The notes under the pieces are model-generated. The model saw nothing but the letters and a program-made list of their open reading frames with translations. It was not told the DNA's origin and ran no database searches. Below, one piece after another: positions 20,501-29,774 of a stretch of DNA of 64,000 nt (position 1 is the first letter of the stretch; each line of letters starts with the position of its first letter). The translations under genes were made by a program, and so were the position numbers. Origin of the DNA: Candidatus Omnitrophota bacterium (GTDB taxonomy: Bacteria; Omnitrophota; Gorgyraeia; Zapsychrales; JAHFFX01); NCBI GenBank assembly GCA_023247705.1, contig JAHFFY010000002.1:38251-102250 (forward strand), in the 5' to 3' direction.

Positions 20501-20891
20501 CAGCGCCGTGTATCTGGACTTTGACCGAGACGGGGATTTGGATATGATTTTTAATAACACCAACGCCCCGGCGGTTTTTTATCAAAACAATACCGGTGGC
20601 AAAAACGGAAACCATTGGCTTGCGGTCAAATTGATCGGTGCCCCGCAGAAAAAGACCAACCGCGACGCGATCGGTGCGCGCTTGATCGCGAAGACTCCCT
20701 CGGGAAATCATATCTGGCGGGAAGTGCGCGGCGGAACAGGTTATCTGTCGATGGATCCGAAACAGCAGTATTTTGGTCTGGGGAAAGATACACAGATGGA
20801 TTTGAAAATTGATTGGCCCAACGGTGAGATCCAGAACGTGAAAGGTCTCAAGGCGGATCAGTTTTATACGATCAAACAAGGCGTTCAATAA
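17520..20891 (+). CDS. Secreted protein: four putative histone-fold repeats + FG-GAP beta-propeller + ASPIC/UnbV (CRTAC1-like)
   Basis: Signal peptide; repeated D(F/I)(D/N)xDGxxD motifs; NRDAIGAR...GGTGYLS...FGLG...IDWPNG; helical N-terminal ~470 aa. Confidence 0.85.
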   Translation: MKRFLILLVLNLSLCSSTVFIWAEESGPGVLSAAHNETESASAETILQTIQDLESARDPKCYATATRLENMIYGIPLKDEARFKKIDLQKALIRRVWQNASSAVKAKGVAGARVSKEDLQLVVQKILYYSRTKDEDFIVEIPSQEPRIIKKLRFSQYTSVAYALRAIFAVQQDELLLNDHDELVPLDQDAIAFLKEVVDVYTMIALDLASFEARRVDQRLISAELITKVWKSISWLNPPDAQPNSPQRSVVLSDRVLKNQSAILQELIDRKITAFAAYNNTVPLEQKDNLLFKMMSESYARAPFPKEENARWAIKEMLEKILIQFAMDVLLKSQEIAQDRRHPLVTAQDAYTASQAIAPHVVDDHETVIFFPNLHQEDKIVLANYDSDSFRDFGTHWQVLKDVFQKDQDIRIKTNLDPFATEIVTEAIAQYGVLVLRVAGNSVNRESKLKRGALVVTPRDLEQGKKSIDASVKLNAQTKAALVEPEKIISAPGEYNPLEIKEPFFSDITRKVKINFEHRLSDWFVQWINAPDEKGHDRVLINSGGVAAEDINNDGYPDILLVGGGGNQLLINDGKGHFINKTKQAGINFVREDGSKGEPRQPIIADFDNDGWQDILITYVDDQHRLYRNIDGVHFEDLSAKINLGGKGMIGGPVTVFDFDQDGLLDIYIGYYGRELAPERRSALAAYLYQKKKKGLGAARSQRKTSGALGIGDPAQPKTSSDLFNTGSSADLPIGPTLNLDNKNAAPNALLRNLGGFNFKDVAKGSGAENHRWTTAAAHTDIDGDGKQDIVVSNDFGKKTILLNKGDGRFKDEADALGITETYHSMNVGIADLNHDDFPDIYFSNINSMLKNAKYTFPNAGTPLDTTPGNIAKMIYNETSTLYLSKVKDGKLLTYVLCDDFKKGADDLGWAWDADFFDFDNDGDDDLYVLNGYNDYAQRKNLQLSHNAVVMSVLTKVHPLLEENRDYKIFFVNQDGQMVNFSDESGAKLKGYSSSAVYLDFDRDGDLDMIFNNTNAPAVFYQNNTGGKNGNHWLAVKLIGAPQKKTNRDAIGARLIAKTPSGNHIWREVRGGTGYLSMDPKQQYFGLGKDTQMDLKIDWPNGEIQNVKGLKADQFYTIKQGVQ

Positions 20892-20904
20892 ATTCGTCAG
20901 AACG

Positions 20905-21714
20905 ATGACTGCAAAAATACGGACATTTATTTTTATTTTTTTTGGGATCGGTCAACCGTTGTTTGCCGGCATGATCTATCAGAATTTTGAACCGAACAAT
21001 GGAACTCCCGCAAGTTATTCTGAACCGATCGGGTCTCCGCCGCAATATGGCTGGCAGTTTAATGGAACGGTAGTCGGCTTGTCTCAGGAAGGGGATCCGG
21101 TCTATTCCGGAAAATATTCCTGGCAATTGACGGTCCCAGCGGGAGAACATCTGGCCGGCGGTAGCGGGATCGCGGCCCAGGTGCAAACGTATAATATTAA
21201 TTTTGTTCCGCAATGCCACGACCGCTTGACGTTCTGGATCTGGTCGAATCCATCGAAAATCGGGGACCACACGGTGATGGTCAAATTTTTTGATCACGGC
21301 CGATATCACGCGGACGGGATCGGGATCTGGACGACCCAAAAGGCCCAATATCAGGAATGGACCCAATTGAGTTTAATGTTTAACCTTCTTCCTGTTGATT
21401 TTGATCTGGAACATGTCGATAAGATCGAATTTTTTAATTACTGGGACGGAACTTATTATTACGATGACATCGAGGTGAGATCCGATTTCCCTCCGGAAAA
21501 AGATTTAGAATGTTTGAAGAAAGAAGTTATAATTGTTTGTCCAGCGGACACAACCAGTCCAAGCCATGATGTGACTCTTAAATCAATTTTAGGCGTCTCC
21601 CAAGAATATGCTTCATGCGTGACGACGTTTGGTGAACATGGACAGATCGCGGTGGATTATCTTCGCCAGAGAAATAATCGTAACGCGGCCTTTTCAAATA
21701 GCGAAAGAAAATAG
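20905..21714 (+). CDS. Secreted protein with carbohydrate-binding-like beta-sandwich
   Basis: Signal peptide; YSGKYS, LTFWIW, YYYDDIEV. Confidence 0.6.
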   Translation: MTAKIRTFIFIFFGIGQPLFAGMIYQNFEPNNGTPASYSEPIGSPPQYGWQFNGTVVGLSQEGDPVYSGKYSWQLTVPAGEHLAGGSGIAAQVQTYNINFVPQCHDRLTFWIWSNPSKIGDHTVMVKFFDHGRYHADGIGIWTTQKAQYQEWTQLSLMFNLLPVDFDLEHVDKIEFFNYWDGTYYYDDIEVRSDFPPEKDLECLKKEVIIVCPADTTSPSHDVTLKSILGVSQEYASCVTTFGEHGQIAVDYLRQRNNRNAAFSNSERK

Positions 21715-21722
21715 AGCCTTCC

Positions 21723-22322
21723 ATGGACGATTTCAATTTGATTCGAAACTGTATTGCGGGCGACAAGAAATCCTGGGATCAACTTGTCGAAAAGTTCGGC
21801 CGGCTGATTTATGACTCAATCATCAGGACTTTGCGGAAATTTGGCCGTCAGGTCAGACAGGAAGATCTGGAAGATTTACACCAAAACTTTTTTACGGATC
21901 TCCTGGATAACGATCATAAAGTTTTAAAGCAATTTGAAGGCAGGAACGGCTGTTCTCTGGCCAGTTATCTGCGCGTCATTGCCGTGCGCAAAACGATCGA
22001 TTATCTCAGGGCGCTCACACCCGTGGTCTCTTTAGATGAGGTCAGCGAGCAAGACGGATCGTTTGATTATCTTTTAAAAGATCTCATTGTTTTTAATACT
22101 CAAAAGGATATTGAACAAAAAGACGCGGTCACTTTGAACGCGATCCTCTTGCAGGAATTGAAAGAAGACGAACAACGCTTGTGTAAAATGATTTTTCTTG
22201 ATCAACGGAATCCCGATTGCATCGCGGAAGACATGGGGATTTCCATCGATCATTTTTACGTCAGAAAACAGCGCATGCTGCAAAAATTGCGCAAGATCGC
22301 GATCGCAAAAAGATTGGTTTAG
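21723..22322 (+). CDS. ECF-type sigma-70 factor
   Basis: GD..SW..LV, EDL.Q.FF, SLASYLRVIA.RKTIDYLR, region-4 HTH. Confidence 0.9.
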   Translation: MDDFNLIRNCIAGDKKSWDQLVEKFGRLIYDSIIRTLRKFGRQVRQEDLEDLHQNFFTDLLDNDHKVLKQFEGRNGCSLASYLRVIAVRKTIDYLRALTPVVSLDEVSEQDGSFDYLLKDLIVFNTQKDIEQKDAVTLNAILLQELKEDEQRLCKMIFLDQRNPDCIAEDMGISIDHFYVRKQRMLQKLRKIAIAKRLV

Positions 22323-22366
22323 ATTCTGGGAGGCAGTCCGTCTATTAAATTAGAAAAGATTCTTTT

Positions 22367-23038
22367 ATGATAAACCGTAATTTATTAAAAAATAAAAATT
22401 GTTTAACCGACGAACAAATGGCCTGTTACCTGGAAGGCCTGTTGTCTCCCCGGGAGAAAACCCGACTTGATCAGCATTTGACCGCCTGCGCGTCATGTCA
22501 GGAAAATTTACAAATGCAAATGGCCGTCGCTGATCAGCAGCGGCTGGAAGGCGTGGGCCCTGTTTCGCAACAGATCATTGAACGAGCGCAGAATCTGGTC
22601 AGCGAGCGGTTCGGCTTGAATATGGTCGATGTGATCATAAACTTCAGCGGACAGATTTTTGAATCGCTTAAAACATCCGGAGAAATTATCCTCGGTCCGT
22701 CAACGCCCTTGACGTATAAACTCAGAAGCAAACCGCAAGAGAACGCGAAGATGTTGGTGGTCCATAAAAAAACGAAGGCCCTTCAGTTAACCATCGAGAT
22801 CGCCCGGGAAAAAAAAGATCTTAATACGGTGATTTTAAAAATGAAAGATAGTAAAAATATTCTCGCGCTGGACGGATTGAGAGTCTCTTTGCTGGAATGC
22901 AAAACGGAAATCGAATCTCATCCGACGCAAAAAGGGAAAGTCATCTTTCAAGGCATCCAACCCGGCCGATACACGATCCAGATCTTCAAGAAAGAAAAAC
23001 CGCTCATGGAAGTTTCCCTGCAGCTGATCCAACAATGA
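22367..23038 (+). CDS. zf-HC2 anti-sigma factor with C-terminal beta-sandwich
   Basis: YLEG.L...HLTACASC; no clear TM; G.VIF.GI.PG.YTI. Confidence 0.8.
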   Translation: MINRNLLKNKNCLTDEQMACYLEGLLSPREKTRLDQHLTACASCQENLQMQMAVADQQRLEGVGPVSQQIIERAQNLVSERFGLNMVDVIINFSGQIFESLKTSGEIILGPSTPLTYKLRSKPQENAKMLVVHKKTKALQLTIEIAREKKDLNTVILKMKDSKNILALDGLRVSLLECKTEIESHPTQKGKVIFQGIQPGRYTIQIFKKEKPLMEVSLQLIQQ

Positions 23039-25272
23039 CTCGGGTCTGTTTTATTCTAGAGGTTATCCGCAGGAAAGAAAAAATAGCGGCCCGGTTTTAT
23101 GAGAGCGGCGCCGCGAGTTTCCCTTATGAAGAGTTCGCGGTTTCTTTTCCCGGGATAGATCATCATTGCGATGAAATCATAACGCTTTTGAATCAGTCCA
23201 ACCAGATCGGATCATCGAATTCCACGCTATCCGCTCAGCTCAAACGGCTGGGCGCTTTTCTTTATGCCGAGATTTTGCCGCAAGCGATTAGGACTCAATT
23301 GAAAGAATGCAGGAATGAAAACCTGCTCATCCTGATCGACGAATATTTTATCAAAGTTCCGTGGGAATTACTCCATGACGGCGACGCTTTTTTGTGCCTG
23401 CGATTCAACCTGGGGCGCAGCGTCAAAATATCCGGGAACACCAACGCCCCCCAAGAAAGAGAATACACCTTTCCGTTAAAGATGCTGGTCATCGCCGACC
23501 CGACCGGAGATTTAAATTCCTCAAGGGAGGAAGCGAAAGCGATCCAGCAGGAGTTTGATCACAAAAACCGTTTGGTGCGCGTTTCCTGTAAAGTCAAAAA
23601 TGTCGCCATTGAATATGTTCAAAAGAACGTTCACGGATACGATCTTCTGCATTACGCGGGGCATACACATTATGATTTTGACCGTCCGTCCCAGAGCGGC
23701 TGGAAGATGTCCGATGGACTTTTGACGGCCCAGGAGATCGTGAAGCTGGGCAAGGTCCTGGCGTTTCCTTCATTTGTTTTTCTTAATTCCTGTCAGTCGG
23801 CCCACGCCAAAGAATGGAAGAGCGAGAAAGGCGGTGAAGATCCGCTGTTTGGATTGGTGAACGCGTTTTTATTGTGCGGGGTCAAACATTTCATCGGGCC
23901 GTTGTGGGAGATCCCGGACGAAGGGGGCCTGCGTTTCGCCAAGAAATTTTATCAGGAGATCTCCAAAGGACAGACCGTCGGCTGCGCGATCCGGCAGGCG
24001 AGACTGAAAGCGATCGAAGATTTCGGCACGGACAAGATGGTGTGGGCCAGCTATATTTTGTACGGCAATCCGTCTTTTTATTTGTGGCCTTCCCGGATCA
24101 AAACGATCGCGACCTGGGTTAAAAAAAGGATGACGCCTCCGGTGATCGCCGCGTTGTCGATATTGTGTGTTTTGATCGCAGGCGCTGGAATTTATTCGGT
24201 ATTAAAGGCCAGACTTCCTACGATGAATCCCCGGGCGTATCAGGAGTTAAAGAAAACAGACGTTTTGTTCGCGCGGGGCAATTTCACGGCCGCGGCGCAG
24301 TTTAGCCGCAACGCCCTGCGCTATGATCCTGGTTATGCCGACGCGTATCAGCGACTAGCGCAGGCACAGGTCCGCTTAGGCCAAACAGATCCAGCCATCG
24401 AAAATTTGGTCAAGGCCAGAAACATCCTCAAAGGAAAACATAGCCGGGCAAAACAATCGGCCCAAGTGAATACCGAGCTGGCGAAACTTTTTTTGGTCAA
24501 GGGACATTACTCCTCTGCCATAGATCGTCTGCATGACGTGCTTTCCTATGAGCGTTCTAAGAATAATCCGGAGCGACTCTACAAGGTGTACCACCTTCTG
24601 GGCGATAGCCACGCGACGGCGATGTCTTATGATGAGGCGATCCGGGATTATCAGATGGCCGCGAAGGCCGCTTCAGATTTAGGCAATAAAGATTACCGTC
24701 TTCATGTGAATTTATTATTGGCCGAGAGTTTTAAAGAAAAACTTTTTTTCGTTTTGCTCTTTGGTCAGGATCAATCCAAAGTAGCCGATGATCTCTATCG
24801 ATTGGAGAATCTGTATCGTCAGTTATTGAAAGAATCAGAAATAATGCAGGGTGATCATCAGCGCAGGATCAAGCTATTTGCTTTAAGCGGTTTGGCGCAG
24901 ATTGCTCAGATGAGCGGTAACCGGAAAGCCGCCATTCTCGGTTATGAGGAAAGTTTGTCGCTCCTGGAAAAATCGCAGGATCCGATGGCGCTCGTTTCCT
25001 GGGAAGGCCTTCATTGGTATATCGATTTGGCTAATTTTTATCTCGATGATTTGAATTTTGCCAAGATGATTGCCTCGCTTGAGCGGATCAAGCCGCAGCT
25101 GGTTTCGTTACGCGATGATAACGTATCAGGTTTTCAAAACGGTCTACCGGTCTTCAAGAAAAATCTGCAATTGGTTCTCGACCACCTGGAACAGAAGGGA
25201 TATCTGAATAGCGATTTTTATCGCAAGGTGGAACGGCTTGATCAGGAATTCATGAAGCTAATAAACCATTAA
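23035..25272 (+). CDS. CHAT (caspase-like) protease - TM - TPR protein
   Basis: ATGA coupling to anti-sigma; PWELLHDG, LHYAGH, FLNSCQS, WASYILYG; TM helix; TPR repeats. Confidence 0.9.
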   Translation: MTRVCFILEVIRRKEKIAARFYESGAASFPYEEFAVSFPGIDHHCDEIITLLNQSNQIGSSNSTLSAQLKRLGAFLYAEILPQAIRTQLKECRNENLLILIDEYFIKVPWELLHDGDAFLCLRFNLGRSVKISGNTNAPQEREYTFPLKMLVIADPTGDLNSSREEAKAIQQEFDHKNRLVRVSCKVKNVAIEYVQKNVHGYDLLHYAGHTHYDFDRPSQSGWKMSDGLLTAQEIVKLGKVLAFPSFVFLNSCQSAHAKEWKSEKGGEDPLFGLVNAFLLCGVKHFIGPLWEIPDEGGLRFAKKFYQEISKGQTVGCAIRQARLKAIEDFGTDKMVWASYILYGNPSFYLWPSRIKTIATWVKKRMTPPVIAALSILCVLIAGAGIYSVLKARLPTMNPRAYQELKKTDVLFARGNFTAAAQFSRNALRYDPGYADAYQRLAQAQVRLGQTDPAIENLVKARNILKGKHSRAKQSAQVNTELAKLFLVKGHYSSAIDRLHDVLSYERSKNNPERLYKVYHLLGDSHATAMSYDEAIRDYQMAAKAASDLGNKDYRLHVNLLLAESFKEKLFFVLLFGQDQSKVADDLYRLENLYRQLLKESEIMQGDHQRRIKLFALSGLAQIAQMSGNRKAAILGYEESLSLLEKSQDPMALVSWEGLHWYIDLANFYLDDLNFAKMIASLERIKPQLVSLRDDNVSGFQNGLPVFKKNLQLVLDHLEQKGYLNSDFYRKVERLDQEFMKLINH

Positions 25273-25971
25273 TCGTAGATTTTCATCCAACGGGCGTTGT
25301 GTGGAGGCGTTGTTGAGCATTTCCTCCGAGAGGAGCATGAGCTTCAGGCCGCGTTGATAGGTGTTCTTCAAATGTGCGATGGCGGTTTCCGGTTTCGGCA
25401 ATCCGATTTGCTGATAAATGCGGGACGAATACATCGCTTTTAAAGTTGTCTCCGGAGCCATTGAAACGGCTCGATGAAATTCCTGCCGGGCTTTCAGGTA
25501 TTGACCTTCTCTGAAATAAATAATCCCGAGATTATAATCCGCCCAGAAAAAGTTCGGATTGAACTGCCTGGCCCTTTCGAAGGAGAGGACCGCTTCCTTG
25601 GTTTGATTTTGCGCGTCATAACACAGCCCCAGCAAAGCATAGGCTTCCGACAGAGTCGGAAAATAAGTGGTGACCTTTTGATAGTATTCGAGATACTGCG
25701 GGGATAAATGGTTTTGAGACGGACTTTCGAGAAATTGTTTTAATTCAGCAAACGAGGGGATCTGATGGTTGAGGTTGTCGAGTTTGCATTTGCGGTCGAT
25801 CCGTTTTAGATCGACTTTCAGATTAGCCAACGAAAATGCGGATGGAAAACGTTTTTGGATCCGGTGAAAATCTTGAATCGCATTGAATAAGAAAAATAAA
25901 ATCAGCCCTGCGGTCAAAGCCGATTTTCCGAGGAGAATGGATGAGGAGGATATTTTCGCGGATAGTGACAT
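25258..25971 (-). CDS. Membrane-anchored TPR protein
   Basis: AYALLGLCY, A.YNLGIIY. Confidence 0.7.
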   Translation of the reverse strand: MSLSAKISSSSILLGKSALTAGLILFFLFNAIQDFHRIQKRFPSAFSLANLKVDLKRIDRKCKLDNLNHQIPSFAELKQFLESPSQNHLSPQYLEYYQKVTTYFPTLSEAYALLGLCYDAQNQTKEAVLSFERARQFNPNFFWADYNLGIIYFREGQYLKARQEFHRAVSMAPETTLKAMYSSRIYQQIGLPKPETAIAHLKNTYQRGLKLMLLSEEMLNNASTQRPLDENLRLMVY

Positions 25972-25981
25972 ATGATTTAAA

Positions 25982-27169
25982 TCAGTAATAGATGTTCCAG
26001 CTTAATAGGTCTTCCAATGTTTTTAAACTCCGCAGAAGGAGTAACCCTCCCAAGATGATCCCGACGTTGATCAGCATCCACCGGTTATGACGGAAGATGT
26101 TCACCAAATTAAACGACAAGATGCTCATGGTCATGATTCCGATCGGCGTCAGATAGATAAACGTCCGGCTGGGAAGTTCTCCCCATTCGGTGGTGGCCCG
26201 CATTTTAATAACGAGAATGAAAAACAACGTGCTGAGCAGCATCCATATCATGAAAAAAAGATAAAGCCGGATCGTCTGATATTTTTTGTCTTCCAGGATT
26301 GAACGGTACAGGTCTTCCCGGTAAAATTTGCAGAAGGCCATCAAGAGAAGATATCCCGCCAAAAAGAACAGATCCCGAAGTGAAATATGCGCCGAAACCA
26401 ACGACGGGATGTTTAAAACATCATAACGGACGATCGGGGCGCGAAAATAATAGTCAAGGCAAATGAGCGAGGGAATCAACGTGAGCCAGAGATAAAATTT
26501 TATTCTTCTCTCGCCATGGATCCAGATCAGAATTGAAATCAAAATAATCTGGGCCATGCTCATGATGCTGGTGAGTGATAACAGCAGATGAGTGAGTACA
26601 AGAAGTTGGAAAGCCTTCCTCGCGGTTTTTTCTTCGAAGGTGATCCTGAGGAACAGCAAACTTTGAACAACCGTCAGAAAGATCCATAACGTATAAGGCC
26701 GCGCCTCCACCCAGTAAGCCCAAATTATCGGGGAGGAAAGGGTGAGGAAGAGGGCGTACGCTCCCATGGCCAGTGAATAAAAACGGCTGAAGAAATAGAA
26801 AATCAACGCGATCGCGCAGGACATGAAAATATTCGAAGGGATGCGCAAGAGGTGTTGCGATCCGGGTTCGCTTAGAACCCATTCTCCCTGCCAGGTTATG
26901 GGGAACCGGTATTGGGACAAATCGCAAAGGGCTTTTTGAATCAGATAAAAGAACGGGGCGTTGTTGCCTTCTTTTTGCTTCGCCAGGATGAGGTCCTGAT
27001 AAGAGAGGATCTCAATCACCCGCGTTTGAGAATAAATTTCATCGTTCCATAACGGTTTATGCTGACTCAAAAACGAACCGACGGCAAGACAGATGAGCCA
27101 AACACTCAAGGTCAGAAAGAGAATCCAAACAGATCTTTGTCGTCGTATATTGTTGAATGCTTTATTCAT
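25982..27169 (-). CDS. GT-C fold (PMT/GT39-like) membrane glycosyltransferase
   Basis: LWNDE, PFFY, EARPY motifs; multi-TM. Confidence 0.7.
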   Translation of the reverse strand: MNKAFNNIRRQRSVWILFLTLSVWLICLAVGSFLSQHKPLWNDEIYSQTRVIEILSYQDLILAKQKEGNNAPFFYLIQKALCDLSQYRFPITWQGEWVLSEPGSQHLLRIPSNIFMSCAIALIFYFFSRFYSLAMGAYALFLTLSSPIIWAYWVEARPYTLWIFLTVVQSLLFLRITFEEKTARKAFQLLVLTHLLLSLTSIMSMAQIILISILIWIHGERRIKFYLWLTLIPSLICLDYYFRAPIVRYDVLNIPSLVSAHISLRDLFFLAGYLLLMAFCKFYREDLYRSILEDKKYQTIRLYLFFMIWMLLSTLFFILVIKMRATTEWGELPSRTFIYLTPIGIMTMSILSFNLVNIFRHNRWMLINVGIILGGLLLLRSLKTLEDLLSWNIYY

Positions 27170-27515
27170 AGGTTATTATTTAATCTCAATGGATGATCCG
27201 GTGATCAGGCCATTCAGGAGATCGAGGGGATCAGATGCGTCTCTGATATCCGGATTTTCCAGTCTCCTCGTCCATTGATCCTCTAGGTTCCCGGATCACC
27301 GATCAATGTGTCGATAGAAATTTATTCTAACGACAATGGTGTTTTAATACAAGTACCCCGACAGTTTTGTTTTCGTGCTCATTTTTTTAAAAAGAAAATG
27401 TTGTTGTTTTAAAGTGTGTATGCTAAACTTTTTTTCACTTCCTGTTTTTCTTTCCGTTTTGTCTTCCAAACAAAAATTGGCTGTGGATCATTCTTCTAAA
27501 ATCCTATCCGTTCCG

Positions 27516-29138
27516 ATGGGTACGCATCGCCCTCTTGCGTGGGTGACGGTCTGTTTTGGTTTCGGGGTGTGGATCAATCAATGCGTAAATTTGTCCTTTA
27601 AAGTTTTTGTTTCCTTGACCGTTCTATTGCTGATTTTGAGCGTCGCGACATTGAGGCGAAAAATTTTATCGGCCGTGCTGATCTTGACGGCGATGATTGG
27701 CCTGGGCGTTGTGTATGCCAAGGCCTATCAAACTTCAAACGATCAGGATATCCGGCAGATCGCCAAGTATTATTATAAAAAATCCATTCGGATCAAAGGC
27801 GTTATCATCTTGGATATTGAGAAGAAGAATTTCGGGAAAACTAATAAGATCACTTTCATTTTGGACGTTAAAAACTGCAAAACCAGATACGGATGGAAAA
27901 AGAGATCCGGAAAAATTTTAGTCAATCTCTACCGAGAATCAGAAATTCGTTATGGCGATGAGGTGATGCTGGAAGGAAAACTGCACAAACCGTTCGAGTT
28001 TGCTTCCGACCGGACGTTTTCTTACCGGGATTATCTTGCCCGCCGGGGGATCAGTTATATTTTGAGCGTTAAGAAAGACGGACTGATCGATATTCTTCAG
28101 CCTGACCAAGGCCTTTTGATTAAAAAAAGATCGCTGGATTTTAAACATCGATTAAATCAGATCCTGGAACGGAATTTATCAAAGGAAGAAGCGAGCATCA
28201 TGCAGGCGTTGATTCTCGGGGACCGTTATAACATTCCGAAGGATCTTTATGATCTTTTCAAGATTTCCGGGGTCGCGCATATTCTGGCGATCTCCGGATT
28301 TAATATCGGGATCGTTGCTTATGTTGTTTTTTTGATTTTAAGAATTTTTCCGATCCACCGTCATGGCCAGTCTGTTCTGACGATGTTGTTTCTGGTGTTC
28401 TACGCGTTTCTGACCGGAGGGGACCCGCCGGTTGTCCGCGCCACGATCATGGTCTTGGTTTTTCTGTCCGGATTTTTGATCGAACTGGAATCCGAACCGA
28501 TCAATACGTTATCGTTGGCTGCGTTGATCATTTTATTGATTAATCCCTTTAATCTTTTTGAGGTCGGATTCCAGTTGTCGTTTGTCAGCGTTTTATCGAT
28601 TATTATTTTTTATCCGAAATTCATGCGGCTATTTTTAAAACTAGTTCCCGGGGATATCCTTTCTTCAGATGACAGAGATCTCTCACAGCGACGAAAGAAA
28701 GTTACAAAATTGATTGGTCTGATCATGGAATACTTTCTGCAGTCCATGGCGGTTTCGCTGGCGGCTTATTTAGGCGTCGTTGTTTTGATCGCGTATTATT
28801 TCCATTTGATCACGCCGGTTGTTATCCTGGCCAATCTGGTGGTGATCCCCCTGGCTTCGCTGGCCGTTTTTCTGGGGCTGGGGATCTTGGGGGCGGGATG
28901 GGTCTGTCCGGGTGTGGCGTGGATGTTTGCCAACTGCATCAAGGTTTGCCTCAACCTGATGGTGGGGAGTGTTTTATTGTTTGTTCAGATTCCAGGCGCG
29001 TACTTTCAAGTGAACGCAATTTCGATATGGATCGTCATCGCCTATTACATTTGTATGGCGGCCATTTGTTGGATTATTCCATCGTTGAAATTCCCAAAAA
29101 CCGTGCCAGGGAAGGAGCTGCACGAGAAAATCTTTTAA
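27516..29138 (+). CDS. comEC: ComEC/Rec2 competence protein (no C-terminal metallo-beta-lactamase domain)
   Basis: G.AHILAISG.N, PVVRA.IM, GFQLSF; start uncertain. Confidence 0.9.
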   Translation: MGTHRPLAWVTVCFGFGVWINQCVNLSFKVFVSLTVLLLILSVATLRRKILSAVLILTAMIGLGVVYAKAYQTSNDQDIRQIAKYYYKKSIRIKGVIILDIEKKNFGKTNKITFILDVKNCKTRYGWKKRSGKILVNLYRESEIRYGDEVMLEGKLHKPFEFASDRTFSYRDYLARRGISYILSVKKDGLIDILQPDQGLLIKKRSLDFKHRLNQILERNLSKEEASIMQALILGDRYNIPKDLYDLFKISGVAHILAISGFNIGIVAYVVFLILRIFPIHRHGQSVLTMLFLVFYAFLTGGDPPVVRATIMVLVFLSGFLIELESEPINTLSLAALIILLINPFNLFEVGFQLSFVSVLSIIIFYPKFMRLFLKLVPGDILSSDDRDLSQRRKKVTKLIGLIMEYFLQSMAVSLAAYLGVVVLIAYYFHLITPVVILANLVVIPLASLAVFLGLGILGAGWVCPGVAWMFANCIKVCLNLMVGSVLLFVQIPGAYFQVNAISIWIVIAYYICMAAICWIIPSLKFPKTVPGKELHEKIF

Positions 29139-29201
29139 AAATATTTTGAGCCGCACAGAATGTTCATGGTACAATTTTGCATTTAATAACGAGGGAGATC
29201 C

Positions 29202-29774
29202 ATGGCGGCCAAATTATTAATCTCGAAGGATTCAGCAGCTACCTTTCTGGAGACCACAAAGGCGTTATTCGTGAAAATGTGCAAGGCGAACTTTTCCGAA
29301 CCCCCAACCATGGTTCGAAAAGACATCCTGGAGTATAATGGCCGGATGCGCGTTTCGGGGATGGAAAAATTTAACGGCCCGACCTATATTTCTTTCATCA
29401 ATTTTTATAAGACGACCAAAGACATGCAGGATCATAAAGCCTGCGGGGCGGTGATCCTGTATATCGAAGATTACAGTGTGGACAAAATGTTAAAGGCTTT
29501 AGGTTTTTCCGGATTTGATGACGAAGACGAGAAAGCGGTCGCGGATATCTGCGGCCAGTTTTGCAGTATGATCGGAGATGCTTTCAGGAGTGACTTGCTT
29601 TCCAAGGGATTCATCGACTTAATCATATCGCCGCCTGCCAATTATCGTAATATTGTCCCTGCGGGGGTTGAATTTTCGTTTGATCAGTATGAGAAGCATG
29701 AGTTAAGCTTTTCTTTTTGGAACCAGAAAGTGGTGGTCGTAGATTTTTCGCTGTGTCCTGTCCCAGGGATTTGA
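29202..29774 (+). CDS. CheX/CheC-like hypothetical protein
   Basis: D.CG.FC.MI.....L.......ISPP resembles a degenerate CheX motif. Confidence 0.45.
   Translation: MAAKLLISKDSAATFLETTKALFVKMCKANFSEPPTMVRKDILEYNGRMRVSGMEKFNGPTYISFINFYKTTKDMQDHKACGAVILYIEDYSVDKMLKALGFSGFDDEDEKAVADICGQFCSMIGDAFRSDLLSKGFIDLIISPPANYRNIVPAGVEFSFDQYEKHELSFSFWNQKVVVVDFSLCPVPGI

Noticed and set aside
22897-23034. N-terminal extension of the CHAT protein given in the ORF track
   Set aside because: Overlaps the anti-sigma gene; ATGA-coupled start at 23035 is more plausible
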